Source: Elusimicrobiaceae bacterium
GTDB taxonomy: Bacteria > Elusimicrobiota > Elusimicrobia > Elusimicrobiales > Elusimicrobiaceae
Assembly (NCBI GenBank): GCA_017501565.1
Contig: JAFVWP010000137.1
Location: 1,381-65,380, forward strand
DNA length: 64,000 nucleotides
Reading direction: 5' to 3'
Under the pieces are notes generated by a model. That model ran no database searches, was not told the origin of the DNA, and saw nothing but the letters and a program-made list of their open reading frames with translations. A program made the translations under genes and the position numbers. Of this stretch, positions 50,784 to 59,951 are shown piece after piece (the first letter of the stretch is position 1; the number at the start of each line of letters is the position of its first letter).

Positions 50784-51995
50784 CTATTTTAACATTTCTT
50801 CACAGCCCTTCCGATAATCCAGCTCTATTTGGCGGTTGCGTTCTTTCAAAAACGCCGCAACAGACTCCTTTTGCCCCAACATTTCCCGGGCCAGGGCCGG
50901 CAATTCCAGCGGGGCTTGTTGCAAAGGCAAAACCCATTTCTCATGCCCATACACATATTGGGCCATACCGCGGCTTTTTTGGCTGTAAGACAAAAACAAA
51001 GCGGGAATATTTTCCGTTAAAGCATTAACAGCACAATGCATACGCGCCGCAATGACTATTTCGCATTGATACATCTCTTGCTTGATGCCTAAAAATCCTT
51101 TGTGATAGTTTGCTATTTTAAGTCGTCCGCGGTATTTCTCGTCCACCGTGTCTTTGAGCAATGTCATAAAATGCAAATCATTATCCAGCGGATTTTTAGC
51201 CAAAACATGCGGCAATAATAAAATATCCTGGGAAAAACTCTCACAAAGTTTTTCTACCATTTCCGCCAAAGGCTTTATCTGTTGACGGGCGGAGCGGCCG
51301 TAAAGCTCCTGTAAAGACAAAGGAGACAAGTTTAAACCAATATATTTTTTTTCTTGGGTGGCGGTAGCGGGCCCTTTGACAATAAAGGCTGGGTCCGGCA
51401 TAAAAGCCGTATTGGTAAGCCCCAAAGCACGCAAATATTGCACGGATTTTTCTTCCCGGCAAATAATTTTTTGGTACTTAGCCAAATGATGGCGGTAATA
51501 CTGCACTGCTTTGGGATACTCGCCGAAAGGACCGACCGAAGCCCCATAAACATATACATCTTTCCCCAAAGCAAAACACCGCTCGCAAAAATCCACCAAG
51601 CTATTGTAATAGGGGTAACGCTTTTTTTGCAGAAGCCGTTGCGCAATGGTATAAATATCCCCGCCGATGGAAAAAAAACAATCAACCGAGTTAATCATCT
51701 TTTTGTAATCAAAACTAAAAATCCGCTTTTCACAACCGATGATTTGTAAAAACTTATTCACGCACTTTAACGGCAAACTTTGGCGAGTGCGGATTTGGAC
51801 CACTTCAATTTCCAAATCTGCCAACACTTCTTTATCATATTCGTAGTGGTAAGAGAAATAAACAATGCGGCTGTGCGGATAGACGGATTTGAGCATTTGA
51901 TAAGTACCGCGGACAATCGCTTCACAACCAAAGTTATATAAGCCGTAAATGCCGTACAATCCGATGGTTTTAAAAGTGTTAGCAGATGGTTTCAT
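50784..51995 (-). CDS. Polysaccharide pyruvyl transferase family
   Basis: NFGCEAI, GGDIY, GASVGPF, CREEKS, MPDPAF and AARMH. Confidence 0.88.
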   Translation of the reverse strand: MKPSANTFKTIGLYGIYGLYNFGCEAIVRGTYQMLKSVYPHSRIVYFSYHYEYDKEVLADLEIEVVQIRTRQSLPLKCVNKFLQIIGCEKRIFSFDYKKMINSVDCFFSIGGDIYTIAQRLLQKKRYPYYNSLVDFCERCFALGKDVYVYGASVGPFGEYPKAVQYYRHHLAKYQKIICREEKSVQYLRALGLTNTAFMPDPAFIVKGPATATQEKKYIGLNLSPLSLQELYGRSARQQIKPLAEMVEKLCESFSQDILLLPHVLAKNPLDNDLHFMTLLKDTVDEKYRGRLKIANYHKGFLGIKQEMYQCEIVIAARMHCAVNALTENIPALFLSYSQKSRGMAQYVYGHEKWVLPLQQAPLELPALAREMLGQKESVAAFLKERNRQIELDYRKGCEEMLK

Positions 51996-53214
51996 ATTTT
52001 TTTAATACTCCCAACAAAATAAACAAAGTAAACAGCTCTTGCGGTTGGTGAAACGGATTGCCTGATAACGCATAAATCATAATAAAAGCAATACCTGATA
52101 AAGCGCCGAAACTCCATTCTTGCCCAGGGGCTTCGGAACGTAACAAGCCGTTTTTTACCCCTTTTAACATCTGCCGAAACAAAAGCGGAAAAAACAACAA
52201 AACACCCAAAAGACCCCACTCGGCCAAAAGTTGCAAATAGCCATTATGCGCACCGGCAAATTCAAAGAAATAATTACGGATACCGGACTCATTAAAAGCC
52301 ACATCATAGCTATTGGCTCCGTTACCGACAAAAGGGCTTTGTATAAACATTTCCCAAGCCAATTGCCACAAAGGCTCTCTGGCAGAAAGCTCTATTTGTT
52401 GTGCGGTCCCTTTTGTTAAAAGCAAAGAGATTTGCTCTGCCAAAAAGCTCCAACAAAGCACCAACAACACACCTCCGGCAATTGCCGTAAAAATTCTCCT
52501 GCGCGTAGGCTTTTTTACCAAAGCGGCACACCCGAATAAAAGCGATAAAAAAGAGATGGCTAAAATCATGCTTCGTTTTTGGGTTTCCCATAAGGCATAA
52601 TAAAACAAACCCAGCAAGCAAATACGCCCGACACACCAAACGAAAGAGCTTTTTTGCGCACTGAAGAATAATTTTCCGTACACCAAACAAAAGGCAATCC
52701 CCAGGTAAAAGCCCGTCAAACTCGGCTCTATAAAAAGCCCGGTATAGTGTTTGGCCACCGCCCCTGAGAGATAAACCATTTCAGCCTGGTTTCCCCAAAA
52801 AAACCATTTTTGCGAAGCGGCATAAAAAAAGCCCGGAAAAAACTTTTGCAATAAAACCGAAACCGCCAGCAGGACGCCTACACCTGTAAATAATTTCCAT
52901 AAAAGCCGATAGGCCCGCTCATCTAATTGCACATGCATACACACCACACAAGCGGAAAACATCGCCGCATACAACAACCCTTGCGGAAAATTCATCAGCC
53001 CGCTTAAACACACATACAACAAAAGTAACCCCCAGCCAAACGTTATTTTTGTGATCTCTATTTTACGCAAAAAAGCCAAGGCAGACACAAATCCCCCCAC
53101 CGCACAACACCACAGAGCGGCGGCTTTTGCCCCGGCCAAAGGTCCCGCATACGCACACAGAACACTTAAAAAAGCCAACACCGCCAAAACACTGCCACGC
53201 ACACAGATTTTCAT
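51979..53214 (-). CDS. wzy: Wzy polymerase (O-antigen ligase-like family)
   Basis: Many TMs; GLFIEP, QKRS, SPFVGNG and AHNGYLQLLAEWGLLG; lies among the glycosyltransferases. Confidence 0.75.
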   Translation of the reverse strand: MKICVRGSVLAVLAFLSVLCAYAGPLAGAKAAALWCCAVGGFVSALAFLRKIEITKITFGWGLLLLYVCLSGLMNFPQGLLYAAMFSACVVCMHVQLDERAYRLLWKLFTGVGVLLAVSVLLQKFFPGFFYAASQKWFFWGNQAEMVYLSGAVAKHYTGLFIEPSLTGFYLGIAFCLVYGKLFFSAQKSSFVWCVGRICLLGLFYYALWETQKRSMILAISFLSLLFGCAALVKKPTRRRIFTAIAGGVLLVLCWSFLAEQISLLLTKGTAQQIELSAREPLWQLAWEMFIQSPFVGNGANSYDVAFNESGIRNYFFEFAGAHNGYLQLLAEWGLLGVLLFFPLLFRQMLKGVKNGLLRSEAPGQEWSFGALSGIAFIMIYALSGNPFHQPQELFTLFILLGVLKKYETIC

Positions 53215-54407
53215 AATAAACCCGCCTTGGCAAAAATTTGGCGCACGATATGAGCCGGGCTAAAAGACTCCAAAGGTTCGTTTTTAATTTGTGAATTTCC
53301 AACCAGGATTTCGGCTAAGGCCTTTTTAATATCCGCTGCATTATTTCGGCAAAAGTAAAAACGCTGAAACGGCTCTAAAAAGCGGCGCAGTACTTCCTGT
53401 TCAGCCGGAGTGCCGTCTAAAATAAACAGCACTTTTTTATACGTTGCGGCATATTGGTAAATTTTCCCCGGGATTTGCCCACCCTTTTTGTTAGCTAAAC
53501 AGACCAAAATGCCTGTTTCCTGTTCGCGGCGCTTCAAATCCGCCAAGTCCAAGCGGGGATAAATGGAAATTTTTTCCGTAGGCTCAAATAAACTTTCCGG
53601 AGATCCGCAAATACAAACGGAAACATTGCTTTGTTTGGCAGCTTGATAAAAAGGAGTCAAATCCCGCGAAAAAGGAAAATAATCGCCGAAATAGCCGAAA
53701 TGATGGTTCGGGGCGGTGGCTTGGGCTTCTTTGTAATAATAAGGCAAAGCTACCCAATCCATTTTACCCGCCGAATCCGTGAACAATTCTTTTTGATATT
53801 GAAGGGTTAAAGGGCTTACATAAAAGACCCGGTCGCAAGCGGATAGCAATTCTTTTTCCATGGTAAATTGTTGCTTGTTTTTTTGGCGGTTGTATAAATC
53901 CAAATACCAAGGGTCTTCCCAAATTTCTATATGTTTTTTACAACGCACTTTTTTCTTTTTAATCAGTTGTACCGCCACCCAATGGCTATGCACCGGGGAA
54001 GAAAGAGAAATCACCACGTCATAATAGGGCAGAGCATTAAAACCGCGCACTGCGTTTTTGGCCCAAGCTCCATGCAAGCCGAAAGGTCCGTAAAAAGAGT
54101 TGACGGCTTTTCTTAGATAAGCAATGATATTGGTTTTCCAACTTTTACGTTGGTTTTGCAGATTGTTTTTGGTTTGTTTCCAAGAAGACGGCCGCATAAA
54201 GCGGTAAAGAAAATTATCGGGAAAGTAACAATATTGTGCTCCTTCGGGCAAGACCATGGAATCATCTGTCACTTGGCCTTTTTCTTCCACACAAAGCACT
54301 TGCACTTGATGTCCGTTTTCCACCAACCCGCGAATATATGCCAAATGGCACAAATTGGCAGAAGAATTAACCCGCAGACAGCTGCCCGCCACCACTAATA
54401 TTTTCAT
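53211..54407 (-). CDS. Putative GT-B glycosyltransferase
   Basis: MKILVV start, DVVISLSSP, PGKIYQY near the C-terminus; locus context. Confidence 0.65.
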   Translation of the reverse strand: MKILVVAGSCLRVNSSANLCHLAYIRGLVENGHQVQVLCVEEKGQVTDDSMVLPEGAQYCYFPDNFLYRFMRPSSWKQTKNNLQNQRKSWKTNIIAYLRKAVNSFYGPFGLHGAWAKNAVRGFNALPYYDVVISLSSPVHSHWVAVQLIKKKKVRCKKHIEIWEDPWYLDLYNRQKNKQQFTMEKELLSACDRVFYVSPLTLQYQKELFTDSAGKMDWVALPYYYKEAQATAPNHHFGYFGDYFPFSRDLTPFYQAAKQSNVSVCICGSPESLFEPTEKISIYPRLDLADLKRREQETGILVCLANKKGGQIPGKIYQYAATYKKVLFILDGTPAEQEVLRRFLEPFQRFYFCRNNAADIKKALAEILVGNSQIKNEPLESFSPAHIVRQIFAKAGLL

Positions 54408-55522
54408 AAAGTTCCCCCGGGCATAGACTCATAAAATTTTTGCATTTGCAGGGCACTATCCGAAATATCAAATCCTTTTTGTTTCAAGAGTTCTATGCCT
54501 TGTTTTCGCTCAAAACAAACTTGTGTTAACAGCCGTTGGGCCCATGCTTCGGGGCCCGCTTCCAGCGGTAAACGGCCACTGCAAGGCAACAGAACGCTTT
54601 CATCGGTAATACCGCAAGACAACACACAAGCTAACCCCGCCGCTTGCGCTTCTACCGCTGCTAACGGAAGCCCTTCATAAAAAGAGGGCATACAAAACAC
54701 ATCAAACGCTTGTAAAAGTGCGGGGGTATCTCGGCGCGCCCCTAAAAATTTCACTTTATTATCCAACCCCATTAGGCGGACCTTTGCCTTGATTTTCTCT
54801 TCCAAAGGCCCACTACCCACAAGCAAAAGAACGCACTGCGGATTTAACTTTACCGCTTCGGCAAAAGTATCCACTAAAAAAGTATGATTTTTTTGCTCAT
54901 TGAAGCGACCGATATGCCCGATCACAAAAAGATTTTCCACCCCCAATTCTTTGCGTTTTTCGGCACGCGCTTGAGGGGTGTAAGTAAACTTTTCCAATTC
55001 AATGGCATTGTTAACAAGGGTAAATTTTTTGCCGAAATAAAACTTGCCCGCCGCCGTAGAACACGCCATTTGATGTGTTATTAACGGCCGCACCGCCCCG
55101 AGCATCAGGCGGTTGCGCAAAGCCGGTAAAGCCTTGTCGCTGTACTGCGTGCCATGGGCATGCTGAATAATAGTTTTCGCGCCAAAAAACTTAGCTAAAG
55201 GAAAAAAAAGCAAGTTTAAATGCGTAATGTGCGAATGAATCGTCAAGTAGCGGTGTTGACGAAAAAAAGCCACCGCAGATTTTAGAAAACGAAAGGGATT
55301 TTTCCCGATATTCGGCAATTGTTCCACGCGCCCGCCCAAGGCTTCTATTTCGGCCTGACAGGAGTGACAGGTAGGCAATAAAAACAAATAATCAAACTGC
55401 ACCTTGCTTCTGTCCAGGCGGCGGTGCCAATTTAACACCACTTGTAAAACCCCGCTGCCCACATAGGCGCTGGAAACAATTTGCAAAATCCGCACAGGAG
55501 TAGAATTTTCTTTTTTATTCAT
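54404..55522 (-). CDS. GT4-family glycosyltransferase (EpsF/CapH-like)
   Basis: HIGRFNEQKNH, PSFYEGLP...VEAQAAG; start at MNKKENS. Confidence 0.9.
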   Translation of the reverse strand: MNKKENSTPVRILQIVSSAYVGSGVLQVVLNWHRRLDRSKVQFDYLFLLPTCHSCQAEIEALGGRVEQLPNIGKNPFRFLKSAVAFFRQHRYLTIHSHITHLNLLFFPLAKFFGAKTIIQHAHGTQYSDKALPALRNRLMLGAVRPLITHQMACSTAAGKFYFGKKFTLVNNAIELEKFTYTPQARAEKRKELGVENLFVIGHIGRFNEQKNHTFLVDTFAEAVKLNPQCVLLLVGSGPLEEKIKAKVRLMGLDNKVKFLGARRDTPALLQAFDVFCMPSFYEGLPLAAVEAQAAGLACVLSCGITDESVLLPCSGRLPLEAGPEAWAQRLLTQVCFERKQGIELLKQKGFDISDSALQMQKFYESMPGGTL

Positions 55523-55524
55523 TT

Positions 55525-56349
55525 TTAACGCAGAACTTTTCGGTAAAATAAACCGCGCCACGAATTGGGCAATAATACTTGCACGCAGAAACGTACCCCT
55601 ACGTTGTGCCCATGCGTCAGCCAGGAAATAAGCCCCAACTGCCGCAAACGGCGGCTCAAGGCGTAATTGCTTTTGAAATATTTCCACCCGCCGCGGCGGG
55701 CATACATATTTTCATCTACGCGGGCATTGACTAATATGTTAGGCAAATTTGCCATCGGGTATTTTGCCGCCGCCAAACGCGCCCACAAATAATAATCTTC
55801 CAACAAATAAAAAGGCTGATAACCGCCCACAGCCGTAACAGCGCTTTTCTTAAACATAACGCTCATGTGATTAAAAGGGCAACGCTTTTTGAGAAATTTT
55901 AAAATATCAGCCGGTTTTTCCGGTACGCGGCGCACCGATAGGGGCGTTAAAGTTGCGCTATCTGTCTCCTGCACCCAGCCGCCCAATACGGCTATATCCG
56001 TATTTTGTTTCAAAAAAGATATTTGTTGGGCAAAACGTCCGGGCAAGGAAATATCATCGGCGTCCATGCGCGCTACCCAGGGGCACGAGCAGACCGAAAG
56101 ACCTTTATTCAGTGCTGCGCCCAACCCTACATTTTTGTCTAAAGGCAGTAAGCGTATCAAAGGGTTTTTCTGCGTAAAATCTGTTAAAACTTTTTGCAAA
56201 TCCGCCCCGATAGGGCCGTCGGTCACCACCACGATTTCCTTTGGCAAAAGGCTGTTTTGCAAAACACTATCCAAAGCTTGGGCCAGCCATAGGGGGCGGT
56301 CCTTAGCGTAGACAGACATCAAAACAGAAAAAGAAAAATCCTGTTTCAT
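55525..56349 (-). CDS. GT2-family glycosyltransferase (AmsE-like)
   Basis: FSVLMSVY, VVTDG, NVGLG.AL, ARMDADD, FNHMSV and EDY.LW. Confidence 0.92.
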   Translation of the reverse strand: MKQDFSFSVLMSVYAKDRPLWLAQALDSVLQNSLLPKEIVVVTDGPIGADLQKVLTDFTQKNPLIRLLPLDKNVGLGAALNKGLSVCSCPWVARMDADDISLPGRFAQQISFLKQNTDIAVLGGWVQETDSATLTPLSVRRVPEKPADILKFLKKRCPFNHMSVMFKKSAVTAVGGYQPFYLLEDYYLWARLAAAKYPMANLPNILVNARVDENMYARRGGWKYFKSNYALSRRLRQLGLISWLTHGHNVGVRFCVQVLLPNSWRGLFYRKVLR

Positions 56350-56548
56350 ATCCTAAATTATATGAATTTTTACTGCCCCTACGTACGCGTTTGCGGGGTT
56401 TCAGCCAAGGCCCTTTACATTTATGCCGCCCGATGCAACAAATCATATAATCTAAAATTTGATATTCACAAAAAAGATTTTTTATTTCATACTGCTAATA
56501 CAGGGAGAAGGGCGGCAACACTATATTTATCCGCTCTTAAAAAGCAGT

Positions 56549-57643
56549 ATGAAAAAAATAACAGCCTTATTGGCAGCAGCCACATTTACGGCTACGGCCG
56601 TTTCTCCGGCTTTGGCATGTACGGGGATTTCTCTGTCCGCCGAAGACGGAACCCGTATTCAAGCGCGTACCATTGAATGGAGCGGATACGATTTAAAGGC
56701 CAAATTGGCCGTTTGGCCGCGCGGTGTGAAAAAAACGTCTTATACACCTGAAGGAAAAAACGGCCTGAGCTGGACTACCCGCTATGGGGTAGTGGGGGCC
56801 ACCACGATCATGGACGAGTTTATTACCGAAGGTATTAATGAAAAGGGGCTTTCGGCGGGGATTTTCTTTTTTTCCCATTATGGCAGTTTGGCGCCGTACA
56901 ATCCTAAAAAAGCCAAACAATCGGTCAGCGATGCTGAGCTGGTCCCGTGGATATTGTCTAACTTTGCTTCGGTAGATGAAGTATTAAAACATCTTAAAAA
57001 GATAGATATTATTCCGATTGCCAAACCCGACGAAAAAGGTAATTATAATACCGGACATTGGCGCATTGCCGATGCCAGCGGACGCAACATTGTATTAGAA
57101 ATCACCAACCGCGGAGAACGCAAAATCTATGAAAATAAAATCGGTGTGTTAACAAACTCTCCCGATTTTGCTTGGCATTTGGGCAACTTGAACAATTACA
57201 TCAATCTCATGCCGGGCACGATACCCGCCAAAACCTTTGGCGGAGCGGATTTATTTTCGTTGGGGTCCGGCTCGGCGCTGTTGGGCATACCCGGTGATTT
57301 TACTCCGCCATCGCGCTTTATCCGTGCGTTCTTTTGGTTGCATGGTTCGCGCACGCCTGCCGATAAATACGGGGCAGTCACACAGGCTTTTCACATCTTA
57401 AATGCGTTTGATATTCCGATAGGGGCCGAGTTCGCACCGGACCAACCGATTCCGAATATACCCAGCGCTACCCAAGTGACCTGCGTTAGCGACACCACCC
57501 ATCCGGCGTTTTATTACCGCACTATGTATAATTCTCAAATCCGCAAAGTGGATTTGACCCAAATAGACTTTAAAAAAGTCCCGTACACAACAACAGCTTT
57601 GGACGAAGATCCGAAAGAACAAATCAAAGAACGGACTTTCTGA
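56549..57643 (+). CDS. Secreted Ntn linear amide C-N hydrolase (penicillin V acylase/bile salt hydrolase family)
   Basis: Signal peptide ALA|C places Cys at the mature N-terminus; ARTIEW, GINEKGL, TNSP and PGDFT..SRF. Confidence 0.9.
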   Translation: MKKITALLAAATFTATAVSPALACTGISLSAEDGTRIQARTIEWSGYDLKAKLAVWPRGVKKTSYTPEGKNGLSWTTRYGVVGATTIMDEFITEGINEKGLSAGIFFFSHYGSLAPYNPKKAKQSVSDAELVPWILSNFASVDEVLKHLKKIDIIPIAKPDEKGNYNTGHWRIADASGRNIVLEITNRGERKIYENKIGVLTNSPDFAWHLGNLNNYINLMPGTIPAKTFGGADLFSLGSGSALLGIPGDFTPPSRFIRAFFWLHGSRTPADKYGAVTQAFHILNAFDIPIGAEFAPDQPIPNIPSATQVTCVSDTTHPAFYYRTMYNSQIRKVDLTQIDFKKVPYTTTALDEDPKEQIKERTF

Positions 57644-57655
57644 TCCGCACAATAC

Positions 57656-57688
57656 AAAAAGGCCCCTTTGCGCAAGGGGCCTTTTTTT
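57656..57688 (+). terminator. Intrinsic terminator
   Basis: AAAAAGGCCCCTT-N5-AAGGGGCCTTTTTTT. Confidence 0.8.
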
Positions 57689-57755
57689 GCGGGTGAAAAT
57701 AGCTTTTTATTTTCTTTTGTATAATCTAACTAGCAAAAAACACCAGGAAATTTTT

Positions 57756-58361
57756 ATGAAGAAAATATTTGCATTATTATTGGGGTTAAATTTTTTGTCC
57801 GGTTGTACGGCTTTTTGTTTAAGCAAAGCAACGGCAGCACCGAATCGGGATTTTGAAGATAGATTACCCTATTTACAAGCGGTTTTTTTAAATGAAGAAT
57901 CTTTAGAAAATTTCAATCCCGAAGCAGAGTTTGCTAGGGCAGATGACCCCATGGCTGAGAGATTTTACCGCGAAGTGGAAGCGAACTTAATTGAACCGGG
58001 AGAAAAAAAGGGATATTTGGTATTACTGCCACAGATGAATATAGCCCGAAACGGAGCATCTTTATATACGTTTTTGTCTGTGGTTACGTTAGGGCTTTCG
58101 CCGGCTTTAGGCTTACCGATCACGACGTTCACAAGCGTTACTGATTTGGAATTAAACGTATTGAATGCCCAGGGCGAATTGATAAAACAATATACTTCGC
58201 AAGCGTTCGTTCAAAATAAAGTCGGCTTCTATCACGGCGATTGCAATAGTGCGCGCAATTGTTATACCAAAGTCGCCTGGGAAGGCTATGAAAGGGCCTT
58301 AGACAACATTATTCAACAAGTTTACAAAGACAGGGCCTACTTAAGAGAACAATTAAATTAG
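57756..58361 (+). CDS. Hypothetical lipoprotein
   Basis: Lipobox LSGC after MKKIFALLLG. Confidence 0.7.
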   Translation: MKKIFALLLGLNFLSGCTAFCLSKATAAPNRDFEDRLPYLQAVFLNEESLENFNPEAEFARADDPMAERFYREVEANLIEPGEKKGYLVLLPQMNIARNGASLYTFLSVVTLGLSPALGLPITTFTSVTDLELNVLNAQGELIKQYTSQAFVQNKVGFYHGDCNSARNCYTKVAWEGYERALDNIIQQVYKDRAYLREQLN

Positions 58362-58414
58362 TGCTTTTTTTCGGTTTCAAAACGCGTTCTATTGGCCCAT
58401 TTTTTCAACGCTAT

Positions 58415-58690
58415 TTAATGTTGCAACTTGTTAAAAAGTTCTTTAATCTCGGCAATTTTTTCTTGGGCAGCATTTTTATTGTCAAAAGAATCCGCCACAC
58501 ATTTTTCCAAGTGGGTAGATAAAATATTTTTTTCTACGGATATAATTGCCGAGCGTACCGCTTTTAATTGAATCAGGATTTCGGGACAATACCGCTGCTC
58601 ATCTATCATTTTTTTAATACCTTCCAGCTGTCCGATCACTCTGTTTAAGCGGGGAAGTTCGGCCTTATGGCAAAGGTGTTTGTTTTCCAT
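58415..58690 (-). CDS. csoR: CsoR-family metal-sensing repressor with a Cu(I)-type fingerprint
   Basis: RLNRVIGQLEGIKKM; Y34-C35, H60, C64 and E81. Confidence 0.92.
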   Translation of the reverse strand: MENKHLCHKAELPRLNRVIGQLEGIKKMIDEQRYCPEILIQLKAVRSAIISVEKNILSTHLEKCVADSFDNKNAAQEKIAEIKELFNKLQH

Positions 58691-58709
58691 AATTTTCTCT
58701 CATTTCTTC

Positions 58710-58740
58710 TATTTCCCCGGAGATATTATCCGGGGAAATA
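58710..58740. repeat. 12-bp stem hairpin between the metallothionein-like ORF and csoR
   Basis: TATTTCCCCGGA-N7-TCCGGGGAAATA; no U-tract follows it on the minus strand. Confidence 0.85.
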
Positions 58741-58750
58741 TATTCTCATA

Positions 58751-58861
58751 TTATTTTTTGTCTGCCGGTTTCGGACATTTGCAAGTGGTTCCGTCGCATT
58801 GGCAGTTATCGCCACAAGTGCAAGGATCACAAGTGCATTTCGGATTTGAACATTTAGCCAT
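58751..58861 (-). CDS. Metallothionein-like peptide (36 aa, 9 Cys), missed by the ORF track
   Basis: MAKCSNPKCTCDPCTCGDNCQCDGTTCKCPKPADKK*; SD TAAGGAGGT 4 nt before the ATG. Confidence 0.88.
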   Translation of the reverse strand: MAKCSNPKCTCDPCTCGDNCQCDGTTCKCPKPADKK

Positions 58862-58873
58862 ATTTACCTCCTT

Positions 58874-58926
58874 ATACCCTTGCGGGTATCTGTCTATATT
58901 ATATACCCCCAGGGGGTATATGTCAA
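58874..58926 (-). promoter_or_regulatory. Consensus sigma70 promoter with two CsoR-type operators
   Basis: TTGACA (58926-58921), N17, TATAAT (58903-58898). Palindrome ATATACCCCC-A-GGGGGTATAT (58901-58921) and ATACCC-TTGC-GGGTAT (58874-58889). Confidence 0.9.
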
Positions 58927-59099
58927 GAAATATTTTACATTATGCAAAAAAGCGTGGTTAACCCGAAAAAGATTTTACTTACTTCTTTTCAGATGTTTAG
59001 TATTTATCCGATAAGGAAATTGATATTAGTGGGGTTATTTGGTATAGTGAAAGGGTAGTTTAACCCATTCAAACCCGGTTGGTGTAAAGGATAAAGTTT

Positions 59100-59684
59100 A
59101 TGAAAAAAATTTGGTTAGTTTTTGGAGTTTTATTTTTTGTTTCCACGAGTGCATCAGCCCAACTTACATCTGGCTTGATGAACTACGAAGTAACGCATAA
59201 TTTGTTGCCGAAGGACAAATGGGAAACATCATTTAAAAAAGCAAATCAAAAAGCAGTAAATCAAATTCGGGCCGAAAAAGGCGCCGCTGCTGCTCAAGAA
59301 CACTTAAAAAGTCTCTTAGATTACTACAAAAAATTTGCAGAAGATTCTACTCAACCCGAAGTGGTAAGAGAAAAAAGAATGGCTTCTTATAAACTGCTGA
59401 TTTCTTTTACCGAACAACATTCCAAACTAGTAGAGCTTGCCGCTCAAGAAAAACCGGAAGAAATTGTTTTGCAAAATCTGCGCTATCAAATGGAAGCTCT
59501 GTACCATTCTTGGGCGGAAATAAAGACGTTAGATGGCAGTATGGCTTATCATATAAGGGAAATTGTCAGAGGGCATAAATATTGGATAGAATGTCTTGAC
59601 ACCGCTGTTTCTTTATATGGAGTGGTAAACGAAATTCACAGAATAACCATTCGGATTGAAGGCGAAGGAGAAAATTTCTTTTAG
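59100..59684 (+). CDS. Secreted helical hypothetical protein (paralogue of 35762..36328)
   Basis: Signal peptide ending ASA; shares the EI...H.YWI......SL.G C-terminal motif. Confidence 0.75.
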   Translation: MKKIWLVFGVLFFVSTSASAQLTSGLMNYEVTHNLLPKDKWETSFKKANQKAVNQIRAEKGAAAAQEHLKSLLDYYKKFAEDSTQPEVVREKRMASYKLLISFTEQHSKLVELAAQEKPEEIVLQNLRYQMEALYHSWAEIKTLDGSMAYHIREIVRGHKYWIECLDTAVSLYGVVNEIHRITIRIEGEGENFF

Positions 59685-59951
59685 AGTGTAAAAGCGCGGT
59701 ACAGGGATTGTCCTTTAAAACAGAAAGTTTATGTAGAAAAAGGACTTTTGCAAAGGATTAAATCAAAGGTGTGATTTTTATTCGTCGGCAAGAAACGAAA
59801 AAAAAAATTTAAAAACGCAGAGAGCTTTCGGGAAAACAATCGGATATTTTCTTTTTTAAAAAATCCCCCATCTTTTTGCTGTTTTTTTATTGAATCTTTC
59901 TTTTTATCTCATACTTTTGCTATAATAAATAGGTAGTCAAAACCGATTTTA

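Noticed and set aside
56371-56380. ops/JUMPstart-like GGCAGTA
   Set aside because: Imperfect match, located upstream of the predicted -10, so it would not be transcribed.
56424-56517. TGCCGCCC...GGGCGGCA inverted repeat upstream of the polysaccharide operon (invertible promoter?)
   Set aside because: Only 8 bp, no invertase in the window, and the likely GT2 promoter lies outside it.
645-56920. Numerous 60-230 aa antisense or alternate-frame ORFs inside long genes
   Set aside because: Shadow ORFs fully overlapping well-supported CDSs, with no motifs or SDs.
58667-58961. Plus-strand ORFs of 60 and 93 aa
   Set aside because: Antisense shadows of the thionein ORF and csoR promoter; no SD or recognisable motif.
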